From: an uncultured archaeon
GTDB taxonomy: Archaea > Thermoplasmatota > Penumbrarchaeia > JASLWR01
Reading direction: 5' to 3'
Length of the DNA: 55,947 bases
Assembly: GCA_964430885.1 (NCBI GenBank)
Contig: CAYSHM010000019.1
Coordinates: 1-55,947 of the forward strand
Each line of letters begins with the position of its first letter. Position 1 is the first letter of the stretch. A program made the position numbers and the translations under genes. The notes under the pieces are model-generated. The model searched no databases. It saw only the letters and a list, made by a program, of their open reading frames with translations, and was not told the origin of the DNA. This document shows positions 17,447 through 28,150 of this stretch, piece after piece.

Positions 17447-20400
17447 TCAAATAGAATCCAGAAGGGAATCCAATTCATCGAAATCGTCAATTTCGTCTTC
17501 AACTTTCTCATCTTCCTCTTCTTTATCCTCCACATCATTTTTCTCAATCTCAAAATTGGCCGAACCATCCATTGATTCTTCCTCCAATTCTGGAACAGGA
17601 GGCTCACTTTGGATCATATCTGGTGCTGGGAGGTCATCTGGAGGGGGAAGTATCTCAGGTGTTGGGAGGTCATCCGAGGTTATTTCCGATGCATTTTCGG
17701 GCCTTTCTTCAAAATCTTCCTCCACACCATCATCCTGCGGAATGCTTTCACCTTCAATATTTTCATGATCTGCAGTTTTCCCCTCCTCATTCCCAGGTGT
17801 TACCCCAAGGGATTCTTCCTCTGTTTCTATTCGTAACTTCTCACCAATATCCTCTTCTTCCTGCTGCTGTTCAATCATCGCTTCATTAAGTTCTTTCTGT
17901 TCCTTTCCTTCATGCAAATTTATCTCACCCTGGCCTTCAAGTCTCATTAATAAGGATTGGATACCGCTCTCCCATTGTCCCTGGTCCTTCATCATTTGAC
18001 CAGGGGGAGGCGGGGGGCGGTTCATGGGTTCGATTTTATCATTATTGAATGATTCCTTAATCCTGACCTCTTTTTCTACTTCATCTTCCTCCTCCCTATT
18101 TTCTTCAGCGAGTTCGCGCTCCATAGTTCCAAGCTCCCCATAAATGTGGTCTGTTTCTATCATACCCTCGGCAGATTCATCAATATCATCCCCCTCCTCT
18201 TTGTCCTCTACATCTGCAATTAATGAGGTTGATATTACTTTCATCTGGCTTTCTTCATCTTCCTTCTCTCCTTCAATTACCTCGGCCTCTTCATCTCCAT
18301 CATCGTCTGCAAACATCTCATCTTCAATGTCTCTCTTCCGATTCTCTACCTCCTCTTCATCTTGTTCCTTCCTTCCCTTACGGTATAAGACAAATAGGAG
18401 GAGGAGCACAACCAGTATCAGCAATATGATCAGTAGAATGTAGGAAATATTATTCCTGGACTTGTTATCTGAACCGGTTCTATCATCATCATCAGGCTTA
18501 GTTGAATCGGGGGATGGAACCGTGATAGTATTGGAGGAAGTGATTATGGTTTGATTCATCTCAACTGTATCATGCAGAATGAAATGATAATCATGTTCTC
18601 CTGGCGATAGTTCCGCAACTATCTGAAATTTACCTGTTTCTGCATCCTGTATGGTCATCTCAGTAATATTTCCATCCAGTTCTAAGAATACCATGATCCC
18701 GTCGCCATCTTTATCCTGGGCAAGAAGAGTAAATGTGTAATTGTATCCCTCTTTGGAAACATAGTGGTCAACCATGTACGGAATATGATTTGGATCTATG
18801 ACCGTTACATTGAATGTCCTCAAGGTTCTCCCTTCGAGATAACCGGTAAGTATGTACTCCACGTAAATTATATCCTTTCCGGTCCCTTCGGGATAGTCCA
18901 GATGGAGTTTGTTGCCTATTAGGGCCGTATATTTCCCGCTTATCCGTATCTCCAGAAGTGGGTGGTCCTGAGCGGATATGCTGAAATAATCCGATAGGTC
19001 TACAATTTTTGTCTCCCCTGCTTCCACTTCAATATCTGGTAATTGGTGAAACTCCGGTGGTAAAGGATATCCTGTAACAGTAACATTGAACATCCGTTTA
19101 ACCTCCGTCCCGCGCAGTTCATAGAATACAAATACAGTCTGATATCGTATCCCGTATGGATAATGAAGGATCAATTGAGTACCGTTCACAGCAGCATATT
19201 CACTGCTGGTTGATATCGATAAACTAGGCAGATCTTCAGTAAGGATATCAAAATAATCCTCAAGATGGATTACCTTCTCAAAATCCACAGTTACATCAAT
19301 GTCAGGTATAATGCTGTAAATGTCCTTGTGTTCATAATAAATTGTGAAATTGAGAAAAATAGTTGTGGTATTATCTGAAACAGTAAGATTCATGTGGACC
19401 GCTCCGTGGTTGAGTATGTAGGGTATAGTAAGGTTATACCCGTCAAATGTTCCGTATTGCCCCATAAGGCTGATGTTCAGCAGATGAAGGGGGGTGTCAA
19501 TATCGTAAACCATATTTTCAAGATGAATTGTCAATACCTCATCATTTTCGATAATTAAACTATCAGAAATTAGTATCACAGGAGCATCATCAACGGGCAA
19601 TACCGTCACTTTAACGGTAATATAACTTGTCATACCGTAATCATCAACGGCCAGGAAGGTCACGTAATCCTCTCCAAACCAGTTTGCTATAAGGGGAGTG
19701 ATGCTTACCATGCCATTCTCATCCACGGTAATATTCAGATAATCTGCAGGGATCACCGAGAAGTCAAGAGAAGTTGAATGATTGAACCAATCATTTAGGT
19801 CAACAATATCCGGGAAAGGGATGTCTTCGGTAATATTGAGGTCCCACCAAGTTATGATTTCAGGGTAGTAATAGACCGTAATGTGTTTCATTCCCCTGGA
19901 ATCTACATTGAATAATTCTACCTGCGCGCAGGGGTTCATGGGTATTACCACACTGTGGGGATTATGGTCATAGTCAGCATTGTCATTATTGAATACGAGC
20001 CATATGGTATAGAAATCCCCTGTGCTACCATTGTTATCTGATGCTCCGCTCAGTATTAGATCGCCTTTTCCGTCCCTGATCTGATAGGACTGTCCTTCTA
20101 TGAATCCACCGAACGGATCGAATAGTATTATTTCATATTGGAACTTGCATATAATATATGAGGTGGCATCAGCGGATAACTGGTTTTCATCCACCGCGGT
20201 GTTGATCATGGTTATATTGGTGCTATGTCTTGCATCAAGAATATAGCCTGTGTTGAGAATAGTAGTATTTTCCAGTCTAGTTTGGGAGTTCTCGAATATC
20301 AATGATGGGTTATATCCTGTGTAAGGAATGAAAGAGCATCCGCTGAAAAGGACTTGGCTGTTTTGGATATGAATGCAGTCTTCAAGGTTCATGAAAGTAG

Positions 20401-23400
20401 CGTTCTCAAGTATTATCGTCGAATCAACTGCTGATAATCCCAGTTTTGAGTCACCGATCTGGGAATCGATTATATTGCATTGGGCTCCTTGAAGGTATAT
20501 TCCAGACCCTGATCCAACGCTTCGTACTCCCAAACTTCCGCACCCTAATATCTTGCTGTTCCTGATATTGAGCTCGCCATCCTGAAGAACGTTCAAATGG
20601 TATGGCAGAGCAGTGGCAGGTGACACAACAGAATCAAGAACATTGAGGATACCTTGGTAATTAACTGTGATTCTGCATGTCAGAAGTGGAAGGGAATACA
20701 ATTTCAAGTCCACAGTCTGGAGGGTCATTTCACCGCCTTCTTCAATAGTGATATTTCCAGAGATCAGTATCCTGTTTTTCTCTAAATGAAGGTCATTCTC
20801 AGCGAATAAATCCGCCTTACCTCCGAATTCAGTGTATATACCAAATAGAACATTTTCGTAAAATATTCCATCCATAATATCCACATTGGCGTTATTGGTA
20901 GAATATACACCATAACCCAGATTTGACCTGAAAGTAGAGCCTTCGATCAGAATTCCATCGGCACTGTCTATATAGACTCCGTAATTGTTATTGATGAAAT
21001 GGCCGTCGAAAATGTTGGAATTACCGATGTTCTCTGAATGGAATCCATATAGGTTATCAATAAAGGTTGAACATGATATATTGCAGCCCTCTCCGATGGT
21101 GACAAGTCCGTATGTGTTGTTGTGGAATATGCAGCCGGTGAAATCCACATTAGACCAGTAATGCTCTAGACCGTATGTGTTGTGGTGGAAACTGTTATCC
21201 TGGAAATAGCTGAGATTATGCTGGGCCCTGAAACCTACATCCATATGATGGAAGCGGTTTCCTTTGAATCCTATATCTGACATGTCCAGTGTCAATAGAT
21301 TAAGAGGATTTTTGAAAAATTCGTTGCCGATTGCATGGAGGCTGTAGGAGGAATCAATTTTGATTGCCAATAGATCGTCATGGAATGTTGAGTTGGATAT
21401 TGTGATATTGTGGGACCCTGAAATATTTATTCCGCAGTCGGTTATATTGTGGACCTCAGAATTGTTGATCTCCGATTCAGAAATGGAAATCAGGCGTATT
21501 CCTGATGTGCAGTTGAAAATGTTATCAAGGCCGAGAAAATGTCCTAACGAACCCTCAAGTCTAATACCCTGGTCGCAGTCAAAAATTAGATTACCTTGTG
21601 TTGTTAGATTGAAGCAGTCATCGGTTCCGTGAATACCCCATGGGCAGTCCCAGATTGTATTTCCGGTAAAAATATTGTCGTATGCTTTCTGGTTGCCGAA
21701 ATCAAAAGAGTAAAGACCGCTTGTGAGGGTATCGTTCACACTATTATTAATAACCAGATTATTACTGCTTCCGCTCCAGACCGCAATACCGTAGTCGCAC
21801 TGGAATACGTGGTTGTTCCGTATAACGTTGTTATGGCTGTTTCCGCCAACTGATATTGACCATTCTCTTTCATATACGGTGTTATTCTCCACTATGTTGT
21901 AATAACAGTCGCCGTAAAGGTTTATTGCTTCTTGATCCAAACCATCATGTCCAATTACATTGTCACGGATAATACATCCAGATGAATATTGAATACCGAT
22001 TCCCACAGAGAAGTGGGTATTGTTGTCGAAATGGCTGTTTACTACAGTGTTGTTATCAGAATGATCTATAAGGAATCCGAATTTCATTCCATCCTGAGTT
22101 CTCTCGGTACCATTGGTGAAGATAGTATTGCAGATGTAGTTGAACCTTGCCCCCTCGATTATTATGAAGCCGTGGAAATCGGTATTGTTCACAGAATTAT
22201 TTCCGAAGTAATTATAATTGCATACTCCCTTGAACTGGTCCCAGTATCCGTAAACTGGATCGCTAAGGGAAAGAGGTCTGATGGTATAGTCTATGAAATT
22301 CGATTCAATGATGTTGTAATGTGAGTAATAGTGAACATATATTCCGAAGAAATAATGCTTCATCTCATTATACTTCAGAGTATTATTGGTTGAATTGAAG
22401 ACACCCATGGCGAATCCGCACATGGTGGAATCAAAAGTGTTTCCATCCATCCAGTTTCCGGATAATGTATTGTAGTGTGATGCTTCAAGCCAAATACCCC
22501 TGGCCCCTTTGGGTGAATGAATAATATTCTCCTCCACCAGGTTATAGGTGGATTCCTCAAGCCAGACTCCGCATCCGTCATTTGCCGGCCACCAAACATA
22601 ATCATTGTAGAAACCGCTCATTACATTATATCTGATCTCATTATGATGGGAGTTGAACATATTCACACCATGGCCGTCGGACCCGCTGATATTACAGCTT
22701 TCAACAGTGATGTTGGTGGAGTTCATCAGGTATATGCCGTTGTGTCCGTTTCCGCTGATGTTGCAGTGTCTGACCGTACCCAGATTAGAGGAGTTGACAA
22801 ATAGACCCATGAAGTTTCCGCTGAATATGGATTCCGAAATGAGCCAGTCATCACATAATAAAGTAGGCCCTCTGTTGTTGTATTCATTTTCCCAACCGCA
22901 GTTGTTAATCTTGGAGCCCAGCATGGTAACTGAGGATCCCTTCTCTGCACGGAATCCGTATCTATGGGTTCCTAATGTGTTATTGCTTGTTATTGTGGTG
23001 GTATCCCAGGTGGTTCCCTTTGAATTATCAAGGTCCCTCATGATCAATGTACCGCCATTCTCAATTGTGATATTGAACTCCCCATTATAACTGCATGACA
23101 TGATTATGGTCACGTTCTTAAGGGTCAGACTTCCGCCATTAACAACAGTAATATTGCCAATTATATCGACGGTCTGGTTCTCAATAACGGTATTGTCATT
23201 TATTATCCAGTCACCCTGGGAGGGCGGGTTGACTGCTGAAGAGTTCCCGCTGATCAAAATTATTGAGATCAGGGCAATCAGCAAAACCAAGGTCACAGGT
23301 ATGTATAAGGATATATTGTCAATAGTTTTATTTTTCCCGGTCTTCGTTTCAGCTTCAATGCGTTTGGAGAATTTTGTTTTCTCAATATTGATTCCAAAAT

Positions 23401-23410
23401 GCGTCTGCAT
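17447..23410 (-). CDS. Very large surface protein: right-handed parallel beta-helix (NosD/pectin-lyase-like) repeats, cadherin/Ig-like domains, TM anchor, acidic tail
   Basis: Repeated GI.L..S.NN.I..N motifs over about 1000 aa; PVDDAP cadherin-like linker; TM ILLIILLILVVLLLLFVLY; about 300-aa D/E-rich tail; SD AGGTGA. Confidence 0.85.
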   Translation of the reverse strand: MQTHFGINIEKTKFSKRIEAETKTGKNKTIDNISLYIPVTLVLLIALISIILISGNSSAVNPPSQGDWIINDNTVIENQTVDIIGNITVVNGGSLTLKNVTIIMSCSYNGEFNITIENGGTLIMRDLDNSKGTTWDTTTITSNNTLGTHRYGFRAEKGSSVTMLGSKINNCGWENEYNNRGPTLLCDDWLISESIFSGNFMGLFVNSSNLGTVRHCNISGNGHNGIYLMNSTNITVESCNISGSDGHGVNMFNSHHNEIRYNVMSGFYNDYVWWPANDGCGVWLEESTYNLVEENIIHSPKGARGIWLEASHYNTLSGNWMDGNTFDSTMCGFAMGVFNSTNNTLKYNEMKHYFFGIYVHYYSHYNIIESNFIDYTIRPLSLSDPVYGYWDQFKGVCNYNYFGNNSVNNTDFHGFIIIEGARFNYICNTIFTNGTERTQDGMKFGFLIDHSDNNTVVNSHFDNNTHFSVGIGIQYSSGCIIRDNVIGHDGLDQEAINLYGDCYYNIVENNTVYEREWSISVGGNSHNNVIRNNHVFQCDYGIAVWSGSSNNLVINNSVNDTLTSGLYSFDFGNQKAYDNIFTGNTIWDCPWGIHGTDDCFNLTTQGNLIFDCDQGIRLEGSLGHFLGLDNIFNCTSGIRLISISESEINNSEVHNITDCGINISGSHNITISNSTFHDDLLAIKIDSSYSLHAIGNEFFKNPLNLLTLDMSDIGFKGNRFHHMDVGFRAQHNLSYFQDNSFHHNTYGLEHYWSNVDFTGCIFHNNTYGLVTIGEGCNISCSTFIDNLYGFHSENIGNSNIFDGHFINNNYGVYIDSADGILIEGSTFRSNLGYGVYSTNNANVDIMDGIFYENVLFGIYTEFGGKADLFAENDLHLEKNRILISGNITIEEGGEMTLQTVDLKLYSLPLLTCRITVNYQGILNVLDSVVSPATALPYHLNVLQDGELNIRNSKILGCGSLGVRSVGSGSGIYLQGAQCNIIDSQIGDSKLGLSAVDSTIILENATFMNLEDCIHIQNSQVLFSGCSFIPYTGYNPSLIFENSQTRLENTTILNTGYILDARHSTNITMINTAVDENQLSADATSYIICKFQYEIILFDPFGGFIEGQSYQIRDGKGDLILSGASDNNGSTGDFYTIWLVFNNDNADYDHNPHSVVIPMNPCAQVELFNVDSRGMKHITVYYYPEIITWWDLNITEDIPFPDIVDLNDWFNHSTSLDFSVIPADYLNITVDENGMVSITPLIANWFGEDYVTFLAVDDYGMTSYITVKVTVLPVDDAPVILISDSLIIENDEVLTIHLENMVYDIDTPLHLLNISLMGQYGTFDGYNLTIPYILNHGAVHMNLTVSDNTTTIFLNFTIYYEHKDIYSIIPDIDVTVDFEKVIHLEDYFDILTEDLPSLSISTSSEYAAVNGTQLILHYPYGIRYQTVFVFYELRGTEVKRMFNVTVTGYPLPPEFHQLPDIEVEAGETKIVDLSDYFSISAQDHPLLEIRISGKYTALIGNKLHLDYPEGTGKDIIYVEYILTGYLEGRTLRTFNVTVIDPNHIPYMVDHYVSKEGYNYTFTLLAQDKDGDGIMVFLELDGNITEMTIQDAETGKFQIVAELSPGEHDYHFILHDTVEMNQTIITSSNTITVPSPDSTKPDDDDRTGSDNKSRNNISYILLIILLILVVLLLLFVLYRKGRKEQDEEEVENRKRDIEDEMFADDDGDEEAEVIEGEKEDEESQMKVISTSLIADVEDKEEGDDIDESAEGMIETDHIYGELGTMERELAEENREEEDEVEKEVRIKESFNNDKIEPMNRPPPPPGQMMKDQGQWESGIQSLLMRLEGQGEINLHEGKEQKELNEAMIEQQQEEEDIGEKLRIETEEESLGVTPGNEEGKTADHENIEGESIPQDDGVEEDFEERPENASEITSDDLPTPEILPPPDDLPAPDMIQSEPPVPELEEESMDGSANFEIEKNDVEDKEEEDEKVEDEIDDFDELDSLLDSI

Positions 23411-23645
23411 GACATCACCTTCAATTATCTATTGGTCTGATCCAATCTAGAATATGAATAGAAATATACTAAAAATATCTTTATTTAATTCTTTTGAATT
23501 TATGTTCGGATTATGTACCTTTGTGAGATTTTTTTTCTGGTAAATCATTTATTCATGAATCCTTAAGGATTTATTTATTACTGTCAATGCTGTTACCATA
23601 GGATTGAGATGGGAAATAAACATATGAAAATGATGAGGTCCTTCC

Positions 23646-25013
23646 ATGAAGATACACATGAAATGTTTCGGGTGCACGGCCAATTTCGGAGAGGCCATGG
23701 ATATTATGAATCATTTGAGGGGATTGGGTCATGCAATAGTAAATGCACCTTCAGGGGCTGATGCATCGATAATAAGGACATGCTGTGTAATTGAACGAAC
23801 AGAACTGAACATGTTCAGGGAGATGGAGCTTCTCCGAACTTACGGAATGCCCGTAATAGTTACTGGATGTCTGCCTTCGGTAAAAAGAGATAAGGTATTG
23901 GAACGGTTCCCGGAATACCATGTGCTTTCATTCAAGGATGAAGCCCTCATGGATAACATACTTGGCAGAATAGATGCCATCCTGGACGATCCCAATGTTA
24001 GAGAAGCAGGATCTATAGAGAAAGAAAATGACAAATGTCTAGGGGTATTTACCTCAACAATAGACACTCTGATACAATCCAATATTATTACTCCGCTGGC
24101 AAACGAGATGACCTCCAATGAGATAGTAGTAATATCCAATGGATGCGCCGGAAACTGCAGTTACTGCATTACAAGACTTGCTAGGGGCAAATTGGTAAGT
24201 TACAGTCCTGAAAGTATAAGGATACATGCAAGAAAGGCTTTGGAATCCGGGAAGAAGGAGATATTTATCACCAGCCAGGATAATGCGGTCTACGGATTTG
24301 ATAGAGGCGGATTGAACAAAGGGAGTGATTATCCCCTGCTTCCAGCTCTTCTTAGATCCATACTGAAGGATAATGAAGGAAGGGATTACAGGATAAGGGT
24401 GGGTATGATGAATCCCTGGGGATTGGCCAAGATCAAGAATGATATGGCCGATGTATTTTCTGATGAGCGCATTTACTCATTCCTGCATCTACCGCTTCAG
24501 AGTGGGTCGGATGATATTTTAAGAAGTATGGGGCGAAATTATTCAGCAGGGGATTTCAAAGAATTGATCCTTTTTTTCAGAAATCGTCTGCCTGATCTGA
24601 CCCTGAGCACGGATATAATAACTGGTTTTCCCGGGGAGAGCGATATTCACTTCAAGGAGTCTCTTGAAATCATGGGAGAACTAGAACCGGATATCATAAA
24701 TATCACACGTTTTTCCCAGAGGCCAGGAACCCGTGCCGTGGAAATGACCAACAAGGTGCCAGGATGGACATCCAAAAGGAGATCGCGAAAACTTACCAAA
24801 CTCAGGTCTGAACTATCATACCGGAAGAACGAGTTGATGATAGGCAGGACCCTCCGCTCACTAAGCGTTGAGAAAGGGACAGGTGAAAGTACTATACTGA
24901 GAACCGATAATTACAGACCGGTAGTAGTGAAGATGAACCTGGATCTGGGGGAATTCTATGATGTCAAAATAATTGGCAGAACTGACAGCTATCTAAGGGC
25001 GGAATTGGTTTAA
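23646..25013 (+). CDS. tRNA methylthiotransferase, MiaB-like archaeal/CDKAL1 (e-MtaB) type
   Basis: UPF0004 GCTAN, TC and TGC cysteines; GCAGNCSYC; RVGMMNP; HLPLQSGSD; TDIITGFPGE; C-terminal TRAM. Confidence 0.9.
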   Translation: MKIHMKCFGCTANFGEAMDIMNHLRGLGHAIVNAPSGADASIIRTCCVIERTELNMFREMELLRTYGMPVIVTGCLPSVKRDKVLERFPEYHVLSFKDEALMDNILGRIDAILDDPNVREAGSIEKENDKCLGVFTSTIDTLIQSNIITPLANEMTSNEIVVISNGCAGNCSYCITRLARGKLVSYSPESIRIHARKALESGKKEIFITSQDNAVYGFDRGGLNKGSDYPLLPALLRSILKDNEGRDYRIRVGMMNPWGLAKIKNDMADVFSDERIYSFLHLPLQSGSDDILRSMGRNYSAGDFKELILFFRNRLPDLTLSTDIITGFPGESDIHFKESLEIMGELEPDIINITRFSQRPGTRAVEMTNKVPGWTSKRRSRKLTKLRSELSYRKNELMIGRTLRSLSVEKGTGESTILRTDNYRPVVVKMNLDLGEFYDVKIIGRTDSYLRAELV

Positions 25014-25109
25014 TGCGCTCAGTCCTTCAATGTGTATGATATTACCAAGGTATCATTCCCGAACCTGATGGAGTGCGTTCGGTCAATGATTCCATTTTCA
25101 AGTGGTGTA

Positions 25110-25122
25110 GAAAGTTTTTAAA
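25110..25122 (+). promoter_or_regulatory. BRE/TATA of a probably leaderless larB transcript
   Basis: GAAAG-TTTTTAAA ends 23 nt before ATG 25146; no SD present. Confidence 0.5.
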
Positions 25123-25145
25123 CCGATTGCGCTGTTCAAGAAAGC

Positions 25146-25919
25146 ATGGCATCCCTGAATGAAATATTGGAAAAGGTCAAGGACGGTGAGTTGTCCACAA
25201 AGGATGCGGAAAAGAAGATACGTTCCTATGCATTGAAGGTAGGCGATGTTGCCAGATTTGATCTGAACAGAGAAGGACGCACAGGTATACCGGAGGTTGT
25301 TCTCTGTGAGAACAAGACCGCATCCCAGGTTATTCAGATCGTTGACGCCGTAATGGCTGAGGGATGCAAGGTTATTTTGTCAAGAGTAAACCAGGAGTTA
25401 CTGTCACAGATAGAAGACCTTCCTTACAATTCGAAGAGTTATCCCGAAGCGTCTTTGGCAGTGGTATATCCCAAAAGTATATCGTTTTCAGTTCCTGCAG
25501 GTGAGGGACCATTACTCGGAATAATAACCGCGGGCACTGTTGATATACCAGTGGCCCTTGAGGCACGTGTGTGCGCGGAAGAAATGGGGTGCAGGGTTAT
25601 ATCCTATAACGATGTGGGTGTAGCAGGGATCCACCGCCTGTTCAAGGTATTGGATGAAATGAATGAAGCAGATGCTAAAGTAATTATTGTTGCTGCAGGG
25701 AGGGAAGGGGCTCTTCCATCAGTTGTGTCCGGCCTGACCGATGCTGTGGTAATTGGACTGCCAGTATCATCGGGTTATGGCTATGGAGGAGGCGGAGAAG
25801 CTGCATTGATGGGTATGCTTCAATCATGTTCTCCTCTGCTGACAGTAAATATTGATGCAGGAGTGGTGGCTGGATTGATGGCGGCCAAGATAATCAGTTT
25901 GATCGATCAAAGGGCCTAG
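25146..25919 (+). CDS. larB: Nickel-pincer cofactor biosynthesis protein LarB (PurE-like)
   Basis: DLNREGRTGIPEVVLCENKT, TAGTVDIPVALEA, DVGVAGIHRL, AGREGALPSVVSGL, PVSSGYG, MLQSCS, VNIDAG. Confidence 0.92.
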   Translation: MASLNEILEKVKDGELSTKDAEKKIRSYALKVGDVARFDLNREGRTGIPEVVLCENKTASQVIQIVDAVMAEGCKVILSRVNQELLSQIEDLPYNSKSYPEASLAVVYPKSISFSVPAGEGPLLGIITAGTVDIPVALEARVCAEEMGCRVISYNDVGVAGIHRLFKVLDEMNEADAKVIIVAAGREGALPSVVSGLTDAVVIGLPVSSGYGYGGGGEAALMGMLQSCSPLLTVNIDAGVVAGLMAAKIISLIDQRA

Positions 25920-26094
25920 AAGATTATACTCTACGATTTTTAATAACAACATTTATTTGTATGGCTTTGGAATTGTATATCCTGTTTGACACGTTTGATA
26001 TAATTGATATTGTTCAGTAATTACCAGATATTATAAATGTGGTGCCTGATGAGGTATATGAACCCATTTTAAAATTAAAAGGAGTGATGTAGAA

Positions 26095-27102
26095 ATGGTT
26101 TCTGAAGAGAGAGATATTAAAATTGTGGAGATGGAATTGGGTGATGCTGAAAAGAAGCTCAATCGGCTTTTTGGTAAAAGGAACGAATGGAATAAGAAAG
26201 CTGAATTCTCTAGGAATGAGCGGAATTCCCTGAATGGCACTAGAAGAAAGGTCATAGACGAGGTCAAGAAGCTCAGGGATGACCGGCACAAGGAAATTAC
26301 CCAATTAAAGATAAAATCCGAGGAAGCAGTTTCAGGGTTGCGGAGGGAAAGGGACAGGTATAATACAATGGTGAAAATGCATAAGCGGAAGCGTCAGAAT
26401 CTGAAAAAGACCATTGACAGTCAGTATGAGGATAGGGATAAGAAACCTAAGAAAGTGGATCCAATAGTCGAGATAAACATGCTCACCATTGAAATGCAGG
26501 AGTTGGAACTGAAATTCAATACCACCGCAATGAAGATGTCCGAGGAAACCAAGACTATGGACCGTATCAAGGAGATAAGAAAGAAGATCCAGGTTCTGGA
26601 AAGACTGGTTCCTGAACATCAGAAGGAGGAAATTGAACTGCTCCGGGAATACAGTTCCAGTGAAGATACAAGGAGGGATTTCGATCTGGCTCACCATAAT
26701 GTTGTGGACCTATCCAACAGATCCCAGCAGGTCCATGAGACCTATATTAGGGAAAAGAAGAAGTTCGATAAGAAGATCAACAGTATCTGGGAAGAGTACC
26801 AGAAGAAGATCGATGAGAAGGAGAAAGAGATCGATCATCTCAAAAGGGAGGCCGACCGGAGGCACAAGGAACACATTACCATGCGTGAGAAGGCGGATCA
26901 TTATCACAAGCGTGCAGTTAATTTCAGGGATGATGTTCTTGTCAAAAGAAAAGAACGTGATAAGATCAGGTCCGAGATGTCCAAATTGATGGATGACCAC
27001 AACAGATCAGTCCATGACTCTCTTGAAAGTGAAGAGAAGAAAAAGGAAACCGAGGAAAACGCCATGGACCTCCTGAAAGCGGGCAAGAAGATTACTCTAT
27101 GA
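26095..27102 (+). CDS. Archaeal coiled-coil protein (COG1340-like)
   Basis: All-helical, K/E/R-rich; RNEWN...RNSLN, LELKFNT, AHHNV...SQQVHE, ADHYH, C-terminal GKKITL. Confidence 0.75.
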   Translation: MVSEERDIKIVEMELGDAEKKLNRLFGKRNEWNKKAEFSRNERNSLNGTRRKVIDEVKKLRDDRHKEITQLKIKSEEAVSGLRRERDRYNTMVKMHKRKRQNLKKTIDSQYEDRDKKPKKVDPIVEINMLTIEMQELELKFNTTAMKMSEETKTMDRIKEIRKKIQVLERLVPEHQKEEIELLREYSSSEDTRRDFDLAHHNVVDLSNRSQQVHETYIREKKKFDKKINSIWEEYQKKIDEKEKEIDHLKREADRRHKEHITMREKADHYHKRAVNFRDDVLVKRKERDKIRSEMSKLMDDHNRSVHDSLESEEKKKETEENAMDLLKAGKKITL

Positions 27103-27112
27103 GCAGTTACAA

Positions 27113-27718
27113 TCATTTCAGCAGGGACAGTAATTCTTTTGAGTCGAATTTCCTCTCCTCTTTCAGAACCTTGTCCAGGTCAGCCATTACCGCCGGTTTC
27201 TTCGGAGCCTGAGTACACGATGTGCCTGCTCCAATGGATATTTCATATGTCCCAATACTCTTGGCTATGGCAATTGTTTCGACCTTATCAAAACCAATAA
27301 TCGGTCTCAGGACTGGAACTTCAACAGCCTGCTGTACAACCTTTATGTTTCTAAGGGTCTGGGATGCTACTTGGGCCAGGGAGTCACCTGTCACAATTGC
27401 ATCTGCAGATTCAAGCTGTACTACCTTCTCAGCAAATCTAAGCATCATTCTCTTGCAGAGAACGCACCTTATGTTGTATCTGCATCTGTCGTAGGCTTTC
27501 TGGCATTTCTCATAGGGAACAATATAGTTTTTCAATGATACGCAATGGAGCTCTTCAAGCAGACCTATCAGAGAATGCACCTTGTTCAGTTCATCCATAT
27601 CTGAGAACGGTCTGTTGTCCATGTGAACGGTCACTACTTCCGCTCCCTGCTTTAGCATAAGATGCGTAGCTACCGGTGAGTCTATTCCTCCTGACAGTAA
27701 AGAAACAACCTTTAACAT
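27113..27718 (-). CDS. thiI: ThiI/TtuI-family PP-loop sulfurtransferase, catalytic domain only (no NFLD/THUMP)
   Basis: LLSGGIDSPVA at the extreme N-terminus, RCVLCKR, TGDSLAQVASQTL, LRPIIGFDK, late Cys (TSC). Confidence 0.8.
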   Translation of the reverse strand: MLKVVSLLSGGIDSPVATHLMLKQGAEVVTVHMDNRPFSDMDELNKVHSLIGLLEELHCVSLKNYIVPYEKCQKAYDRCRYNIRCVLCKRMMLRFAEKVVQLESADAIVTGDSLAQVASQTLRNIKVVQQAVEVPVLRPIIGFDKVETIAIAKSIGTYEISIGAGTSCTQAPKKPAVMADLDKVLKEERKFDSKELLSLLK

Positions 27719-28087
27719 TCAATCACTTTCCTTAACCTGGTTCCTTACATGGTTCATGAATTTTAAATTTCCCCCCAATACTGGTAAAACCAGAATGGCA
27801 GGGACATCATAACTATGCATTCTCTCGATCATATCAACAGCCGTTATTATGTTTTCATTTATTGTTTTGGCAATACAAACGCATTCCTTCGCTCTTTCCA
27901 CCTTTCCTTTCCAAGTATAGATTGAGTTCATATTAGGGATCATATTGATGCAGGCTGCCAGTTTAGATGAGATAAGCTCCTCACCAATTTTCTGCGCTTC
28001 TTCCTGATCGGAAGTTACAAAATAGATGAATCGGACATCATTTGACCAATCAATAACCCTATCATCTTCATTTTGAAACTGCACCAT
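27719..28087 (-). CDS. cutA: Divalent-cation tolerance protein CutA
   Basis: LAACIN, SIYTWKGKVE, HSYDVPAI. Confidence 0.92.
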   Translation of the reverse strand: MVQFQNEDDRVIDWSNDVRFIYFVTSDQEEAQKIGEELISSKLAACINMIPNMNSIYTWKGKVERAKECVCIAKTINENIITAVDMIERMHSYDVPAILVLPVLGGNLKFMNHVRNQVKESD

Positions 28088-28150
28088 TTTTACCCATCCG
28101 CCTGCTTTCAAAATTTCTGAAAAATTCTTTATTTACTTACTTAGGGTACA

